Origin: Isurus oxyrinchus | Taxonomy: Eukaryota | DNA: 64,000 nucleotides | NCBI GenBank assembly: GCA_026770705.1 | Contig: JANJGN010000152.1 | Coordinates: 496,001 to 560,000, forward strand | Direction: 5' to 3' | Shown: positions 63,539 to 64,000 of the stretch, one piece after another | Numbering within the stretch: the first letter of the stretch is position 1 | Layout of the letters: each line of letters begins with the position of its first letter | The notes under the pieces: model-generated | The model's input: the letters and a program-made list of their open reading frames with translations, nothing else | The model's database searches: none | What the model was told of the DNA's origin: nothing | Made by a program: the position numbers and the translations under genes

Positions 63539-64000
63539 GGAGACTACAGCTCTGAACTGCTCAGGGAGACTGGAACTCAGAGCTGGACTGAAATATTTTA
63601 GACAGTACAGTTGATTTGCAGAGGACGATGTCCCGCAGATGATTGATTAGCTGCCCCATTCCCATCTCTCTGCTTGTGTGTTTTCTGAACAAGTGACAGG
63701 TTTAAAAACGGAACTAGCAGTTTCATATTGCTTCGTTGGGCCTGTAAGCCTGATGTGAAGTCCCCTCTCCCATTTGTCTGATGTACAGTGCCCAGTGTAA
63801 TGGGGCAAGGAAGGTGGATTTGTTTCCATTAGTGAAATCTGCAGCCCTCATTCTCCCACAGTAATGACCTGGCAGATCTGTCCATGTGTGTTTGGCAAAT
63901 GGTATTTTATGAGAATGGAGTGTGAAAGAATCCCTCTTTCCTCAATTTTATTCTAACTGTCATGAAAAAACAGAAAATGCTGGAAAGAACTCGGCAAGTC

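Overview
This is vertebrate genomic DNA, rich in decayed CR1/L2/Tx1/RTE LINEs and SINEs, with one 382-nt assembly gap. Gene content and repeat types point to a cartilaginous fish (shark/ray) TCR alpha/delta locus. The minus strand carries two paralogous NAR-TCR cassettes, each an IgNAR-like V(D)J upstream of a leaderless 'supporting' TCR-delta V. The left cassette (3.7-9.2 kb) is unrearranged and pseudogenised. The right cassette (57.9-63.0 kb) has an open, already V-D-J-joined NAR-TCR exon that splices in frame to an intact supporting V-delta, but its leader has a stop codon. Each supporting V is followed by a tandem ~62-bp array of 23-RSSs instead of a single RSS. On the plus strand is an open IgH-type leader-V(23)-(12)D(12)-(23)J mini-cluster with no constant exon that I can find; ~8 kb downstream is a decayed TCR-type V that keeps a good 23-RSS, a layout resembling a VH-capped two-V-domain receptor. 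Also present: several TCR V alpha/delta pseudogenes, two GPR139/142-like GPCR pseudogenes, CTCF/CRE motifs and an LTR remnant. All calls were made by eye; no database searches were run, and repeat boundaries are approximate.
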